A DNA stretch of 57,729 nt from Gemmatimonadales bacterium (GTDB lineage: Bacteria > Gemmatimonadota > Gemmatimonadetes > Gemmatimonadales > GWC2-71-9): positions 1-57,729 of the forward strand of contig JAICUF010000004.1 of the NCBI GenBank assembly GCA_025935995.1. Direction: 5' to 3'. The notes under the pieces were generated by a model. The model had not been told where the DNA came from. It saw only the letters and a list, made by a program, of their open reading frames with translations, and did not search any database. Below, one piece after another: positions 10,374-20,354 of this stretch; positions within the stretch are counted from its first letter, which is position 1, and each line of letters begins with the position of its first letter. The position numbers and the translations under genes were made by a program.

Positions 10374-11025
10374 CCGCGATCACCGCGTCGTCGGCGATCA
10401 CGTAGACCCGGTCGTCGGGCCGGGCGGAGATCGCGAGCGTGCCGGTGAAGCTCCCGAAGGCGGGGAGGATCGCGCCGCGCGCGCCGATCACGAAGCAGGC
10501 CAGCCGTTCCCGCTGCCGTGCGGGACCCGCCATGACGAAACCCGGGTGCAGGTGGCCCGCCAGCGCGTAGGCCCCGCCGCCGGCAGGCGCGGGCTCATGC
10601 TGCAGTGCAAAGGGCGCGACATGATGCGGTGCGTTCACGATCGTCATGCCAAGCTCGCCGGGCGGGTCGCCGGCGCGGCGGTCGTGGTTGCCGCGCACGA
10701 GCAGGACGTCGAGCGCCGGGTGGGCGGCACGCCAGGCCGCGACGGTGGCCAGCGTTGCGCCGGACCGGCGCCCTTCCCGCGCGTGGAAGAGGTCCCCCAG
10801 AAGAAAGAGGCGACGCGCGCCGGTGCGCCGGAGCGCGCGGTCGAGCCGCGCGAGGTCCTCGGCCGTCGTGCCCGGCGGCAGCGGGACGCCGGCGGCGCGG
10901 AAGGTAGCGGCCTTGCCCCAGTGGAGATCGGCCACGACCAGCGCGTGCTCGCGCTCCCAGTAGATGGCTCGCTCGGGCAGGAGCCGGACCGGCTCACCCG
11001 CGAGGGAGATTTCCTGATCGCTCAT
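10342..11025 (-). CDS. pdeM: ligase-associated DNA damage response metallophosphoesterase/endonuclease
   Basis: ADLHWGK, LGDLFH, GNHD, HEP, GHLHP, LPAFGSFTG; last gene of the four-gene cluster. Confidence 0.9.
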   Translation of the reverse strand: MSDQEISLAGEPVRLLPERAIYWEREHALVVADLHWGKAATFRAAGVPLPPGTTAEDLARLDRALRRTGARRLFLLGDLFHAREGRRSGATLATVAAWRAAHPALDVLLVRGNHDRRAGDPPGELGMTIVNAPHHVAPFALQHEPAPAGGGAYALAGHLHPGFVMAGPARQRERLACFVIGARGAILPAFGSFTGTLAISARPDDRVYVIADDAVIAVSAAAAGQAG

Positions 11026-13793
11026 CGCGGCCGCGCGGAGCGGAGGTTGGCAAAGCGCGGAATCGCGGGCACGTCCGGGCCCGCGGCCCGTTCAAGCGGA
11101 TCGGCCATCCGCCGCACCCGGTCGGAGAGCTTTTCGCTGCTCAGCTGCTCGCGCAGGCGGTCGACCAGAAGCGGGAAGGCAAACGGCGTGGGCCGCTCCG
11201 TCTCGACGATGGTCACCGTCCCGCCGCCGAGCCGCGCCAGGGTGCGGCCGAGGCGGCTCTGTTCCAGCTGCCGCTCGAGAACTTCGCGCTGGGCCTGGCG
11301 CAGGAGGAGGTTCTCGGGATCGTACTTCGCAAAGACCTCGTAGATCAGTCCGCTGGATGCCTGCAGCTGCTTCACCGATTTTGCCTGCCCGGGAAACCCC
11401 TGGAAGATGAGCCCCGCCACCCGCGCGACTTCGCGGAACTGCCGCCGCGCCATCTCGGCGGCGTTGAGGCTGGCGGGGATGTCGTTGAAGAGATATTCGG
11501 TCGAGAGGAGCCCGGCTTCCAGTGCCTCCTCGAGCGGCGCCCGCTCGGCCGACAGCAGCTCGAGGCCGTAGTCGTTCGCGGCGAGGGTGAAGGTGATCGG
11601 CCCGAGCTGCGAGATGCGATACGCGAAGAGCGCCGCCAGCCCCTCGTGCACCAGCCGGCCCTCCACCGGATAGACGAAGAGATGGTGGCCTTCGCGGCTC
11701 TCCGTGCGCTCGATGAGGAGCTCATCCGGCTTCGGGAGCAGTGACCACGCGGCCTGCAGCTCCAGGACCGGCCGCACCTTCTCCATCTCCGGCGCATCGA
11801 AGATGCCGCGCCGGGCCTCATCGAGCTTGACGCGCACCGCGTGCGCCAGCTCGGGCGAGAGCGCGAGGCGAAGGCCCGACCACTTGGGCACGGCGCCCTC
11901 GGCACTTGGTGCTTTCCGGACCCACGCCGTCATGTCGCGCACCCGCACGAATTCGAGCGGCTGCCCGCCGAAAGTGAAGCGGTCGCCCGGGCGGAGGCGC
12001 GCGATGAAATTCTCCTCGACGGTGCCGAGGGTGCGGCCCCGCACGTAGCGGACCTTGAGCGAGGATTCGCTGACGATGGTGCCGATGGACATCCGGTGCC
12101 GCATCGCGATCATCCGGCTCGTCACGCGATAGACGCCGTCTACCAGCGCGACCTTCGCGTATTCCGGATAGGCCCGCAGCGCCTCGCCGCCGCGGGTGAT
12201 GAAGTCGAGCACCCACTCCCATTCATCGCGCGGCAGGTCGCGATAGGCGTGCGTGGTACGCACCTCGCGGTACAGCTCGTCCGCGTGGAACCCGCCGCCC
12301 AGCGCGACCGTCACCGCGTGCTGCGCGAGCAGGTCGAGCGGGCGCTCGACCGGCGGCCGGGCTTCGATCCTTCCCGCCTCGAGCGCCGTCCGCGCGGCCG
12401 CGATGTCCACCAGCTCGAGTGCGCTGGTGGGAACGCAGGTCACGCGGCTCATCGCGCCGGGCCGGTGCCCGCTCCGGCCGGCGCGCTGCACGAGGCGGCC
12501 GACCGCCTTGGGGCTGCCGACCTGCAGCACCCGATCGACCGGCGAGAAGTCGACGCCGAGATCGAGACTGGACGTGCAGACCACGCAGCGAAGCTCGCCG
12601 CTTCGGAGCCCGTCCTCCACCCGCTCCCGTTCGGCGCGATCGAGCGAGCCGTGATGCACGCCGATCCGGTCGGCCCACGACACCCCGCTCAGCGCCAGCG
12701 CCTGGTACCAGATCTCGGCCGTCGCGCGCGTGTTGGTGAAGACGAGCGCGGTGCCTCCCTCTTCGATCGTGGCGATGACCTGCGGCAGGAGGGTGAGGCC
12801 GATCTGCCCGGACCAGGGGAAGCGCTCGATCGTCTCCGGAAAGAGCGAGTCGACCCCGATCGCCTTGGGCACGAGGCCGCGCACGAGGCGGCCCGGCCTG
12901 GGCTGGCCCGCGCCGTCCATGCCCAGCAGAGTATCGCGCGCCGACTCGAGGTTGCCGAGCGTCGCGCTCAGCCCCCAGGTGCGCAGATCCGGGCGGAAGC
13001 GGCGAAGGCGGGCCAGATCGAGCTCCGTCTGCACGCCGCGCTTGCTCGCCATGAGCTCGTGCCACTCGTCCACCACCACGCACTCGAGGTGCGCGAACAG
13101 CTGTGCGGCATTCTCGCGCGTGAGGAGGAGGGACAGGCTCTCGGGCGTCGTGACGAGGGCGGTCGGCAGGCGGACACGCTGGCGCGCGCGTGCGGCGGGG
13201 GTGGTGTCGCCCGTGCGCGCTTCGAGCGTCCAGGGAATGCCCAGGTCGATCAGCGGTGCCCGGAGCGCGGCCTCGGTGTCGGCGGCGAGGGCGCGGAGCG
13301 GTGTCACCCAGAGGACGCGAAGCGGTGGCGCGCCGGCGCGGCGGGTGGCCGCCGGATAGTCACGCAGCCACTCGAGGAGCGGGCCCATCCATGCGGCGTA
13401 GGTCTTGCCCGTCCCGGTGGCGGCGTGGATCAGCCCGCTCTCGCCGGCCCGATACGCGTCCCACACCTCCTCCTGGAAGGCGAACGGCTCCCACTCATGC
13501 TCGGCGAACCAGGCGCAGACCGCCGCATCGGGATCGAGCGCCGCGTATTTCCTGAGCGCGCGCCGCGCCCGGCGATCCTGCTCGAGTGGCGCGGTCGCGG
13601 TGCGCCGCCGCGGATCGGCGCGGCCGGCCGCCTTCTTCTGCGCCGCACGCGCCCGGCGCAGCTCGCGTGCAAGCGACGACTGTCCGGTGGACGGCTCCCC
13701 GGCTTCCTTCGGCGGCACGAGGTCCACAAAGGGCGTGCCCGGCTCGACGGGCCGGCCCAGCGAGTAGCGGAGGCGGCGCGGCTCGTCCGTCAT
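11022..13793 (-). CDS. ligase-associated DNA damage response DEXH-box helicase (Lhr-core)
   Basis: ATGTGKT, TPLRAL, TTPES, DEWHE, SAT, HHGSL, TSSLDLGVD, QRAGRSGH, ARRQFREVARVAGL. Confidence 0.95.
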   Translation of the reverse strand: MTDEPRRLRYSLGRPVEPGTPFVDLVPPKEAGEPSTGQSSLARELRRARAAQKKAAGRADPRRRTATAPLEQDRRARRALRKYAALDPDAAVCAWFAEHEWEPFAFQEEVWDAYRAGESGLIHAATGTGKTYAAWMGPLLEWLRDYPAATRRAGAPPLRVLWVTPLRALAADTEAALRAPLIDLGIPWTLEARTGDTTPAARARQRVRLPTALVTTPESLSLLLTRENAAQLFAHLECVVVDEWHELMASKRGVQTELDLARLRRFRPDLRTWGLSATLGNLESARDTLLGMDGAGQPRPGRLVRGLVPKAIGVDSLFPETIERFPWSGQIGLTLLPQVIATIEEGGTALVFTNTRATAEIWYQALALSGVSWADRIGVHHGSLDRAERERVEDGLRSGELRCVVCTSSLDLGVDFSPVDRVLQVGSPKAVGRLVQRAGRSGHRPGAMSRVTCVPTSALELVDIAAARTALEAGRIEARPPVERPLDLLAQHAVTVALGGGFHADELYREVRTTHAYRDLPRDEWEWVLDFITRGGEALRAYPEYAKVALVDGVYRVTSRMIAMRHRMSIGTIVSESSLKVRYVRGRTLGTVEENFIARLRPGDRFTFGGQPLEFVRVRDMTAWVRKAPSAEGAVPKWSGLRLALSPELAHAVRVKLDEARRGIFDAPEMEKVRPVLELQAAWSLLPKPDELLIERTESREGHHLFVYPVEGRLVHEGLAALFAYRISQLGPITFTLAANDYGLELLSAERAPLEEALEAGLLSTEYLFNDIPASLNAAEMARRQFREVARVAGLIFQGFPGQAKSVKQLQASSGLIYEVFAKYDPENLLLRQAQREVLERQLEQSRLGRTLARLGGGTVTIVETERPTPFAFPLLVDRLREQLSSEKLSDRVRRMADPLERAAGPDVPAIPRFANLRSARPR

Positions 13794-15391
13794 CGCGCGT
13801 TCACGGCATCGATCAGGCCGCGCACGGTCTCGAGCGTGTCGGCGTCCGCGGCGGCCTTGTCGGTCCGCCAGCGCGCCATGCGGGGGAAGCGCACGGCGAC
13901 ACCGCTCTTGTGCCGGCTCGAGTGCTGAATGCCCTCGAACGCGAGCTCGAATACGAGCTCGGGCTTCACCACGCGCACCGGACCGAACTTGTCGAGGGTG
14001 TTGCGGCGGACGAAGGCGTCGACCTGGCGGATCTCCTCATCGGTGAGTCCCGAGTACGCCTTCGCAAAGGCGACGAGGCGGTCGCCGTCCCAGACGCCGA
14101 AGGTGTAGTCGGTGTAGAGCCCGGCGCGGCGGCCGCTGCCGGGCTGCGCATAGATCAGCACCGCATCGACGCTCAGCGGATCCACCTTCCACTTCCACCA
14201 GTCGCCCCGGCGGCGACCGACGCCGTACGCCGACTCGGCGTGCTTCAGCATGAGCCCTTCGGCGCCGCGGTCGCGGGCGGCGAGGCGGGCATCTGCGAGC
14301 GCCGGCCAGTCGTCTCCCTCGACGACCGGCGAGAGATGAATGCTCGCGCCCGTTGGCAGGGATGCGACCAGCGCTTCCAGGCGGCGCCGGCGCTCGCCGA
14401 GGGGACGTGTGCGGAGATCCTCGCCACCCTCCTCCAGCAGGTCGTAGGCGATGAGCGCGACGGGCACCTCCGCGAGGATCCGGCGGTCGAGCTTCTTCCG
14501 GCCGATGCGCCGCTGCATTTGCGCGAAGGGAAGAGGCCGGCCGTCGCGCCAGGGAAGGAGCTCGCCGTCGATGACCGTTCCGGACGGCAGAAACGCCGCG
14601 AGCTCCTCGACCTCCGGGAAGCGTCCGTTCAGCAGGTCCTCGCCGCGCGACCAGAGAAAGGTCTGTCCCGCGCGGCGGATGAGCTGCGCGCGGATGCCGT
14701 CCCACTTCCACTCGACCTGCCAGCACGTGCGATCGCCCAGCGCGGAGGGCGGTTGCTCGAGCGCGTGCGCGAGGAAGAACGGGTAGGGGCGGCTCCAGTC
14801 CGCGTCACGGGTGTCATGCGCCGTCAGCCGCTCGTAGAAGCCGGGGCCGGGCTCCCACGCGCCCATCAGCCGATGCGCGATGACCTCATCGGACAGCCCG
14901 CTCACCTCGGCGAGCGCGCGGACGACGAGGCGCTGCGACGCGCCGACCCGGAAGGCGCCGGTGATGAGCTTGTTCCAGACGTAGCGTTCGCGGCCGCTCA
15001 GCTCCCGCCAGCTCGCGATGAGCGACACTTCCTGCTCCGCCGGCTCCAGGTCCCGGAGCGGCAGCAGCCGCTCCTCCACCCACCACGCGAGCGGGCGCTC
15101 CTCGGCGCCCGCGCCTTCGGGGAGGAGGAGCGCGATGGTCTCGGCAAGGTCGCCCACCGCGTGATACGACTCCTCGAACAGCCACTCCGGAATCGCCGCT
15201 GCCAGAGCGGCCCAGCGGCGGAGATCGCCGGCCCGGATCAGCCGGCGCGGGCGCCATCCGCTCAGGAAGTGGACCGCCCACGCCGCGTCGGCCGGCGGCG
15301 CCGAGCGGAAGTACGCGACCATCGCCGCCACCTTCTGATTGGTGGCAGTGGTTTCGTCGAGCGCCGTGTAGAGCGCCGCGAAATCCTTCAT
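13790..15391 (-). CDS. ATP-dependent DNA ligase
   Basis: EWKWDGIR (motif I), DGEL, YDLLE, EGLMLK, WWKWK, VRFPR. Confidence 0.95.
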   Translation of the reverse strand: MKDFAALYTALDETTATNQKVAAMVAYFRSAPPADAAWAVHFLSGWRPRRLIRAGDLRRWAALAAAIPEWLFEESYHAVGDLAETIALLLPEGAGAEERPLAWWVEERLLPLRDLEPAEQEVSLIASWRELSGRERYVWNKLITGAFRVGASQRLVVRALAEVSGLSDEVIAHRLMGAWEPGPGFYERLTAHDTRDADWSRPYPFFLAHALEQPPSALGDRTCWQVEWKWDGIRAQLIRRAGQTFLWSRGEDLLNGRFPEVEELAAFLPSGTVIDGELLPWRDGRPLPFAQMQRRIGRKKLDRRILAEVPVALIAYDLLEEGGEDLRTRPLGERRRRLEALVASLPTGASIHLSPVVEGDDWPALADARLAARDRGAEGLMLKHAESAYGVGRRRGDWWKWKVDPLSVDAVLIYAQPGSGRRAGLYTDYTFGVWDGDRLVAFAKAYSGLTDEEIRQVDAFVRRNTLDKFGPVRVVKPELVFELAFEGIQHSSRHKSGVAVRFPRMARWRTDKAAADADTLETVRGLIDAVNAR

Positions 15392-16395
15392 TCGACTTCC
15401 ACGTCGTCGTCCCGCTCGCCCTCGAAGCGGGTGGCGAGGGCCCGCGCCTCGAGCCCTCGCTCACCGAGCCAGCGGGTGACGGCCGCGGTGAAGCCGTGCG
15501 TGACCCACACCCGGCCCGCGCCGGTCGCGTCGATGGCCGCGAGCAGGGCGGGCCAGTCGACGTGATCCGAGAGCGTGAAGCCGCGGTCGAGCGCGCGGCG
15601 ACGCCTCGCGCCCCGCACGCGCATCCACCCGGAGGCAAAGGCGGCGGAGAAGGGCGCGAACCGGCGGGTCCAGGCGCTGCCTTCCGCCGACGGCGGTGCG
15701 AGCACGAGCGCTCCTTCGCGGTCGGCCTTTCGCGGCAGCGCCGCGGCGTGCGTCGTGGCCGGCAGCGGAATGCCGGCTTCGCGATACGCTGTCGTCATCC
15801 GCTCGACCGCCCCGTGCGTCAGGATCGGGCCGATCGACGGGTCCAGGCCGGCGAGGAGACGCTGCGCCTTGCCGAGCGCGTAGCCGAAGAGCAGACTCGT
15901 CCGCCCCTCCGCCGCGTTCGCCCGCCACCAGGCATTGATCTCCGCGAACACCTCCGTCTCGGCGGGCCACCGGTAGATCGGGAGGCCGAACGTCGATTCG
16001 GTGATGAACGTGTCGCACCGGATCGGCTCGAAGGGGGCACAGGTGGGATCGGGGTCGGTCTTGTAGTCTCCCGAGACGACCCAGACCTCGCCGCCCATCT
16101 CGAGCCGTACCTGCGCCGAGCCCAGGATGTGCCCCGCGGGGTGGAGCGAGACGCGGACGCCGCCGAGGGACACGGGCTCGCCCCAGTCCAGCGTCTCGAT
16201 CACGGCATCGGGGCCGAGCCGGAGCGCCAGCACGCCCCGGCCGGCGGCGCTCGCGAGATAGCGGCGGCACCCCCAGGTCGCGTGATCGCCGTGGGCGTGC
16301 GTGACGACGGCGCGATCGACGGGAGCCCAGGGATCGACGTAGAAGTCCCCGGCCTCGCAGTAGAGGCCCCGATCGGTGAGCCGGAGCAGCGTCAT
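15388..16395 (-). CDS. ligase-associated DNA damage response exonuclease (MBL/beta-CASP)
   Basis: THAHGDH, AGHILGSA, SGDYK, ESTFG, YALGKAQR, SDHVDW; alternative GTG start at 16410. Confidence 0.93.
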   Translation of the reverse strand: MTLLRLTDRGLYCEAGDFYVDPWAPVDRAVVTHAHGDHATWGCRRYLASAAGRGVLALRLGPDAVIETLDWGEPVSLGGVRVSLHPAGHILGSAQVRLEMGGEVWVVSGDYKTDPDPTCAPFEPIRCDTFITESTFGLPIYRWPAETEVFAEINAWWRANAAEGRTSLLFGYALGKAQRLLAGLDPSIGPILTHGAVERMTTAYREAGIPLPATTHAAALPRKADREGALVLAPPSAEGSAWTRRFAPFSAAFASGWMRVRGARRRRALDRGFTLSDHVDWPALLAAIDATGAGRVWVTHGFTAAVTRWLGERGLEARALATRFEGERDDDVEVE

Positions 16396-16462
16396 GCCGG
16401 AATCTGGCACCGGTCACTCCCCTTTGCCCGTGACGTGGTGCACCTTACGCCCACTTCGACCG

Positions 16463-17323
16463 GTGAGCATCGTGACCGACGTCGTTGCCATCGAGTTGCC
16501 GGGTCGGCCGTCCCGGCGCGCGCTGCTGCAGCTCCCCGAAACGCCCCGTGGGGCGCCTCTCCTCGTCATGCTTCACGGCGCCGGTGCCACGGCCGCGTTC
16601 GCCGAGCAGCAGACGGGCTGGGCGGCGCGGGGCCGGGCGGAGGGCTTTGCCGTCGTGCTCCCCGAAGGGACGCCGCGCGACGCGACCGCGGCCCCCGCCT
16701 TCCGCCTCAATCCGCAGCTGTGGAACGATGGCTCGGGCCGCGGGCATGTGGCCCGGCGCGGCGTGGATGACGTGGGTTTCGTCGTCGCGCTCGTCGAGCG
16801 TCTCATCGGCGAGCAGGGGCTCGACTCGCGCCGCGTCTGGGTCACCGGATTCTCCAACGGGGGCTCGCTCGCATTCCGCCTGGCGGCGGAGCGGCCGGAT
16901 CTCGTCGCCGCGATCGCACCGGTCGCGGGACACTGCTGGATCGAGCCGGGCACACTCGAACGCCCGGTCCCGCTGCTGCACCTCGCCGGCGGCGCCGATC
17001 CGCTGAATCCGGTTCCCGGCGGCGACGTCGAAACGCCCTGGGGACACCGCGAGTACCACCCGCCGGTGCGCCGCTCGGTGGAACGGTGGGCGGCGGCTTG
17101 CGGGTGCGACGGCATCGCGACGCGCACCGACGACGCGGGAATCGAGTGGACCGGGGGAAGCGGGTGCGGCGGGCTCCCGGTGCGGCAGGCGGTGATTCCG
17201 GGCCTCGGTCACGTCTGGCCCGGCGGGCCGCGGCTTCTGCCGGAGCGGCTCGTGGGCAGGGCAAGCACGCTGCTGTCCGGCACCGACGTGATCCTCGAGT
17301 TCTTCGAGAGATGCTCGCCCTGA
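16463..17323 (+). CDS. alpha/beta hydrolase, LpqC/PHB depolymerase-like esterase
   Basis: VMLHGAG, WND, DDVGFV, GFSNGG nucleophile elbow, GGADP, GHVWPG; start uncertain. Confidence 0.82.
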   Translation: MSIVTDVVAIELPGRPSRRALLQLPETPRGAPLLVMLHGAGATAAFAEQQTGWAARGRAEGFAVVLPEGTPRDATAAPAFRLNPQLWNDGSGRGHVARRGVDDVGFVVALVERLIGEQGLDSRRVWVTGFSNGGSLAFRLAAERPDLVAAIAPVAGHCWIEPGTLERPVPLLHLAGGADPLNPVPGGDVETPWGHREYHPPVRRSVERWAAACGCDGIATRTDDAGIEWTGGSGCGGLPVRQAVIPGLGHVWPGGPRLLPERLVGRASTLLSGTDVILEFFERCSP

Positions 17324-17459
17324 GCGCTCGCCTGGAGCGCTCGCGCTGCGGAACCGAGAACGAACGGTTGCAGGCCCGCCGGGCGGGGCTTGCGATCGGG
17401 CTGGGGACAGGACTTACTGGAAGCTCATCCGCCGGTCCCGACTCGCTTCGGAGTCTGAT

Positions 17460-20351
17460 GTGATACGCAGACGCTTGTCCCTCGACGGCACCTGGCAGTT
17501 CGCCACCGACCCCACCGATTCGCTCGCCCCCGACACCCTCGCGGCCGCCGAGCTGCGCGACATCCAGGTGCCCGGACCCTGGCAGGCGCAGTTCGACGAT
17601 CTGCGGGACTACAGCGGCGTTGCCTGGTACCGCCGTGCGATTCCGCTCGGCGCGCCGGCGTGGGGCGGGGCACTGCCTCCCGATCCGGTCTACATCCTCC
17701 ACTTCGGCGCGGTGGACTATCACGCCACGGTGTGGGTCAACGGCACCCTCGTCGGTGCGCACGAGGGGGGATATCTCCCGTTCGACCTGGACGTATCGAA
17801 GGCGCTGCGCGTCGACGGAGCGAATGAGGTGGTGGTGCGGGTGGTGGATCCGGGCAACGACCCCGACACGGTCCCCGAGTTCCCGTTCGCGGAGATCCCG
17901 CACGGCAAGCAGAGCTGGTACGGCCCGATCGGCGGCCTCTGGCAGAGCGTCTGGCTCGAGGCGCGGCACGCCACGCACGTCAGTCGGCTCCGGATCACCC
18001 CGGATGTCGCGGGCGAGCGGGCCCGGGTAGAGGTGTTCGTCAATCGCCCGTCCGACGCACCGGCCCAGCTGATCCTCCGCCTGCTGGACCCCTCGGGCGG
18101 GGCGGCCGAGTCGCGGCATCAGATCCCGGCGGCGACGGAGCGCCTCGATCTCCGGCTGCCGGTGCCGGCGCCGATGCTCTGGGACACCGACCATCCGAAT
18201 CTCTATACCGTGACCGCCGTGCTCGCGGGCAGCGACGGCGCGGAGCGCGACTCGCTCGATGGCACCTTCGGGATGCGGACGATCGCCACGTCACCCACGG
18301 GGCACCTGCTCCTGAACGGTCACATTCTCTATCTCCGCGGCGCGCTCGATCAGGACTACTATCCCGAGCTCATCTACACGCCCTTCTCCGACGCCGAGAT
18401 CACGGAGCAGTTCGAGAAGGCGCGGCACATGGGGCTCAACTGCCTCCGCACCCACATCAAGATCACCGATCCGCGCTACTACGATGCGGCGGACCGGGCG
18501 GGGCTCCTCATCTGGACGGAGCTGCCCAACTGGCAGGAGCTCACCGACAAGGCCAAGGAGCGGGCGCACGACACGCTCGTGGGGATGGTGGAGCGCGACT
18601 GGAACCATCCGAGCATCGTCATCTGGACCATCGCCAACGAGAACTGGGGACTCGACCTCGCCGTCAACGCGAGCCATCGCGCGTGGCTCGCGGACATGTT
18701 CGCCGAGCTGAAGGCCCTCGATCCGCACCGGCTGGTGGTCGGCAATTCGCCCTGCTTCACCAATTTTCATGTCGTCACCGACATCGAGGACTTCCACAAC
18801 TACTACGCGATGCCGGACCATTACCGCGCCTGGCGCGACTGGGTCCAGACCTTCGCGAGCCGGCCGCCCTGGACCTTCGCGCACGTCTACGAGAGCATCG
18901 ACGCGTGGCGCGAGTACATCCGGGATCCGTGGAACGCGACGGCGCCGCGCCGGCCCGCGCCCGAGGTGAAGCGGCTGGGAAGCGAGCCGATGGTCGTGTC
19001 GGAGTTCGGCAACTGGGGACTGCCCGACGTCGCGAAGCTCCGCGAGTGCTATGGCGGGAAGGAGCCGTGGTGGTTCGAGACCGGTATCGAGTGGGGCGAC
19101 GGCGTCGTCTATCCGCACGGGATCGAGCAGCGCTACAAGGCCTACCACCTCGACCGCGTCTTTTCCACGCTGTCCGATCTGTCGGCGGCGAGCCAGCGGA
19201 TGCAGTTCACGGCGCTCAAGTACGAGATCGAGCAGATGCGCCGGCACCCGAGCATCGTCGGCTACATCATCACCGAGTTCACCGACGTGCACTGGGAGAG
19301 CAACGGCCTGCTCGACATGTGCCGGAATCCGAAGGCCTACTTCGACGTCATCCGCGACATCAACGGCGCCGACGCGATCATCCCGGTGGACTGGGAGCGG
19401 ATCGCCTACTGGGAAGGCGAGCGCTGCGAGGTGCGGATCGCGCTGTCGCACTTCTCGGAGCACGACCTGAGAGGCGCGCGGGTGGAGTGGCGGCTCGATC
19501 TCTGGCCGGCGATCCACGGCGCCTTCGAGCAGGTCCCGGCGCAGCGGGCGCAGCTGAGCCAGATCGGCACGGCGGTGTTCGAGGTTCCGCCGCTCGAGCA
19601 GAGTGCGCGGGGCCGGCTGGACATGCAGCTGCTCGATGCGACGGGACACGTCGTGGCCCGGAACCACCACGAGATGTACTTCTTTCCGCGCGTCGCCGAG
19701 GCGCCGGAGCACACGCGGATCGCGGCGCCGGGCCTGCCGCGCCTGGCCGCGCGGCTCGCGGCGATGGGGTACGAGATGGTGGAGGCGCTGCCGGAGGCCG
19801 ATCTGGTCGTCGTCGAGACGATGACGGACGAGCTCCGCTGGCACGCGCAGAACGGGGGACGCGTGCTCTGGCTCGCCGAGTCGAGCGAGTCGCAGCAGGC
19901 ACACCTCGGCACGCTCGGCATCGCCCAGCGGCAGGGGCGCTCGTGGCAGGGAGACTGGGCCAGCAGCATGAGCTGGCTCCGGCAGGACAAGATCTTCAAG
20001 GACATCCCGAGCGGCGGCACCGTGGACTTCGCCTTTGCCGATCTCACGCCGGAGACGGTGATCGTCGGCCTCTCGCCGCGTGATTTCGCGGGCAACGTGC
20101 ACGCCGGCCTCTTCGTGGGATGGGTCCACCATGTCGTCGCGCTCGTGGCCGAGCGGCCGGTGGACCGCGGGCGGATCATGGTGTGCACCTTCCGGCTCCG
20201 CGAGCACCTCGGCACCCATCCGGTCGCGACGCTCATGATGCGGGACCTCGTCGCGCGGACCACGCGTCAGCCGGCCGCCGGCGCCGGCGGACCGACCGAG
20301 CCGCTGCCGTTCGCGACGACCGGCATGCCCCCCGGCGCCGCCAACGGCTGA
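17460..20351 (+). CDS. glycoside hydrolase family 2 (cytoplasmic)
   Basis: LHFGAVDY, HEGGYLPF, GKQ..GLWQSV, FGMR, RGALDQ, NHPSIVIWTIANE (acid/base), SEFG (nucleophile); no signal peptide. Confidence 0.9.
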   Translation: MIRRRLSLDGTWQFATDPTDSLAPDTLAAAELRDIQVPGPWQAQFDDLRDYSGVAWYRRAIPLGAPAWGGALPPDPVYILHFGAVDYHATVWVNGTLVGAHEGGYLPFDLDVSKALRVDGANEVVVRVVDPGNDPDTVPEFPFAEIPHGKQSWYGPIGGLWQSVWLEARHATHVSRLRITPDVAGERARVEVFVNRPSDAPAQLILRLLDPSGGAAESRHQIPAATERLDLRLPVPAPMLWDTDHPNLYTVTAVLAGSDGAERDSLDGTFGMRTIATSPTGHLLLNGHILYLRGALDQDYYPELIYTPFSDAEITEQFEKARHMGLNCLRTHIKITDPRYYDAADRAGLLIWTELPNWQELTDKAKERAHDTLVGMVERDWNHPSIVIWTIANENWGLDLAVNASHRAWLADMFAELKALDPHRLVVGNSPCFTNFHVVTDIEDFHNYYAMPDHYRAWRDWVQTFASRPPWTFAHVYESIDAWREYIRDPWNATAPRRPAPEVKRLGSEPMVVSEFGNWGLPDVAKLRECYGGKEPWWFETGIEWGDGVVYPHGIEQRYKAYHLDRVFSTLSDLSAASQRMQFTALKYEIEQMRRHPSIVGYIITEFTDVHWESNGLLDMCRNPKAYFDVIRDINGADAIIPVDWERIAYWEGERCEVRIALSHFSEHDLRGARVEWRLDLWPAIHGAFEQVPAQRAQLSQIGTAVFEVPPLEQSARGRLDMQLLDATGHVVARNHHEMYFFPRVAEAPEHTRIAAPGLPRLAARLAAMGYEMVEALPEADLVVVETMTDELRWHAQNGGRVLWLAESSESQQAHLGTLGIAQRQGRSWQGDWASSMSWLRQDKIFKDIPSGGTVDFAFADLTPETVIVGLSPRDFAGNVHAGLFVGWVHHVVALVAERPVDRGRIMVCTFRLREHLGTHPVATLMMRDLVARTTRQPAAGAGGPTEPLPFATTGMPPGAANG

Positions 20352-20354
20352 GTC

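Noticed and set aside
10342-16395. Nuclease-ligase-helicase-phosphoesterase cluster as a new defence system
   Set aside because: It matches the already described ligase-associated DNA damage response gene set.
17322-17342. GAGCGCTC-N5-GAGCGCTC hairpin after the esterase
   Set aside because: An 8-bp GC-rich stem with no U-tract; not supportable as a terminator and plausible by chance.
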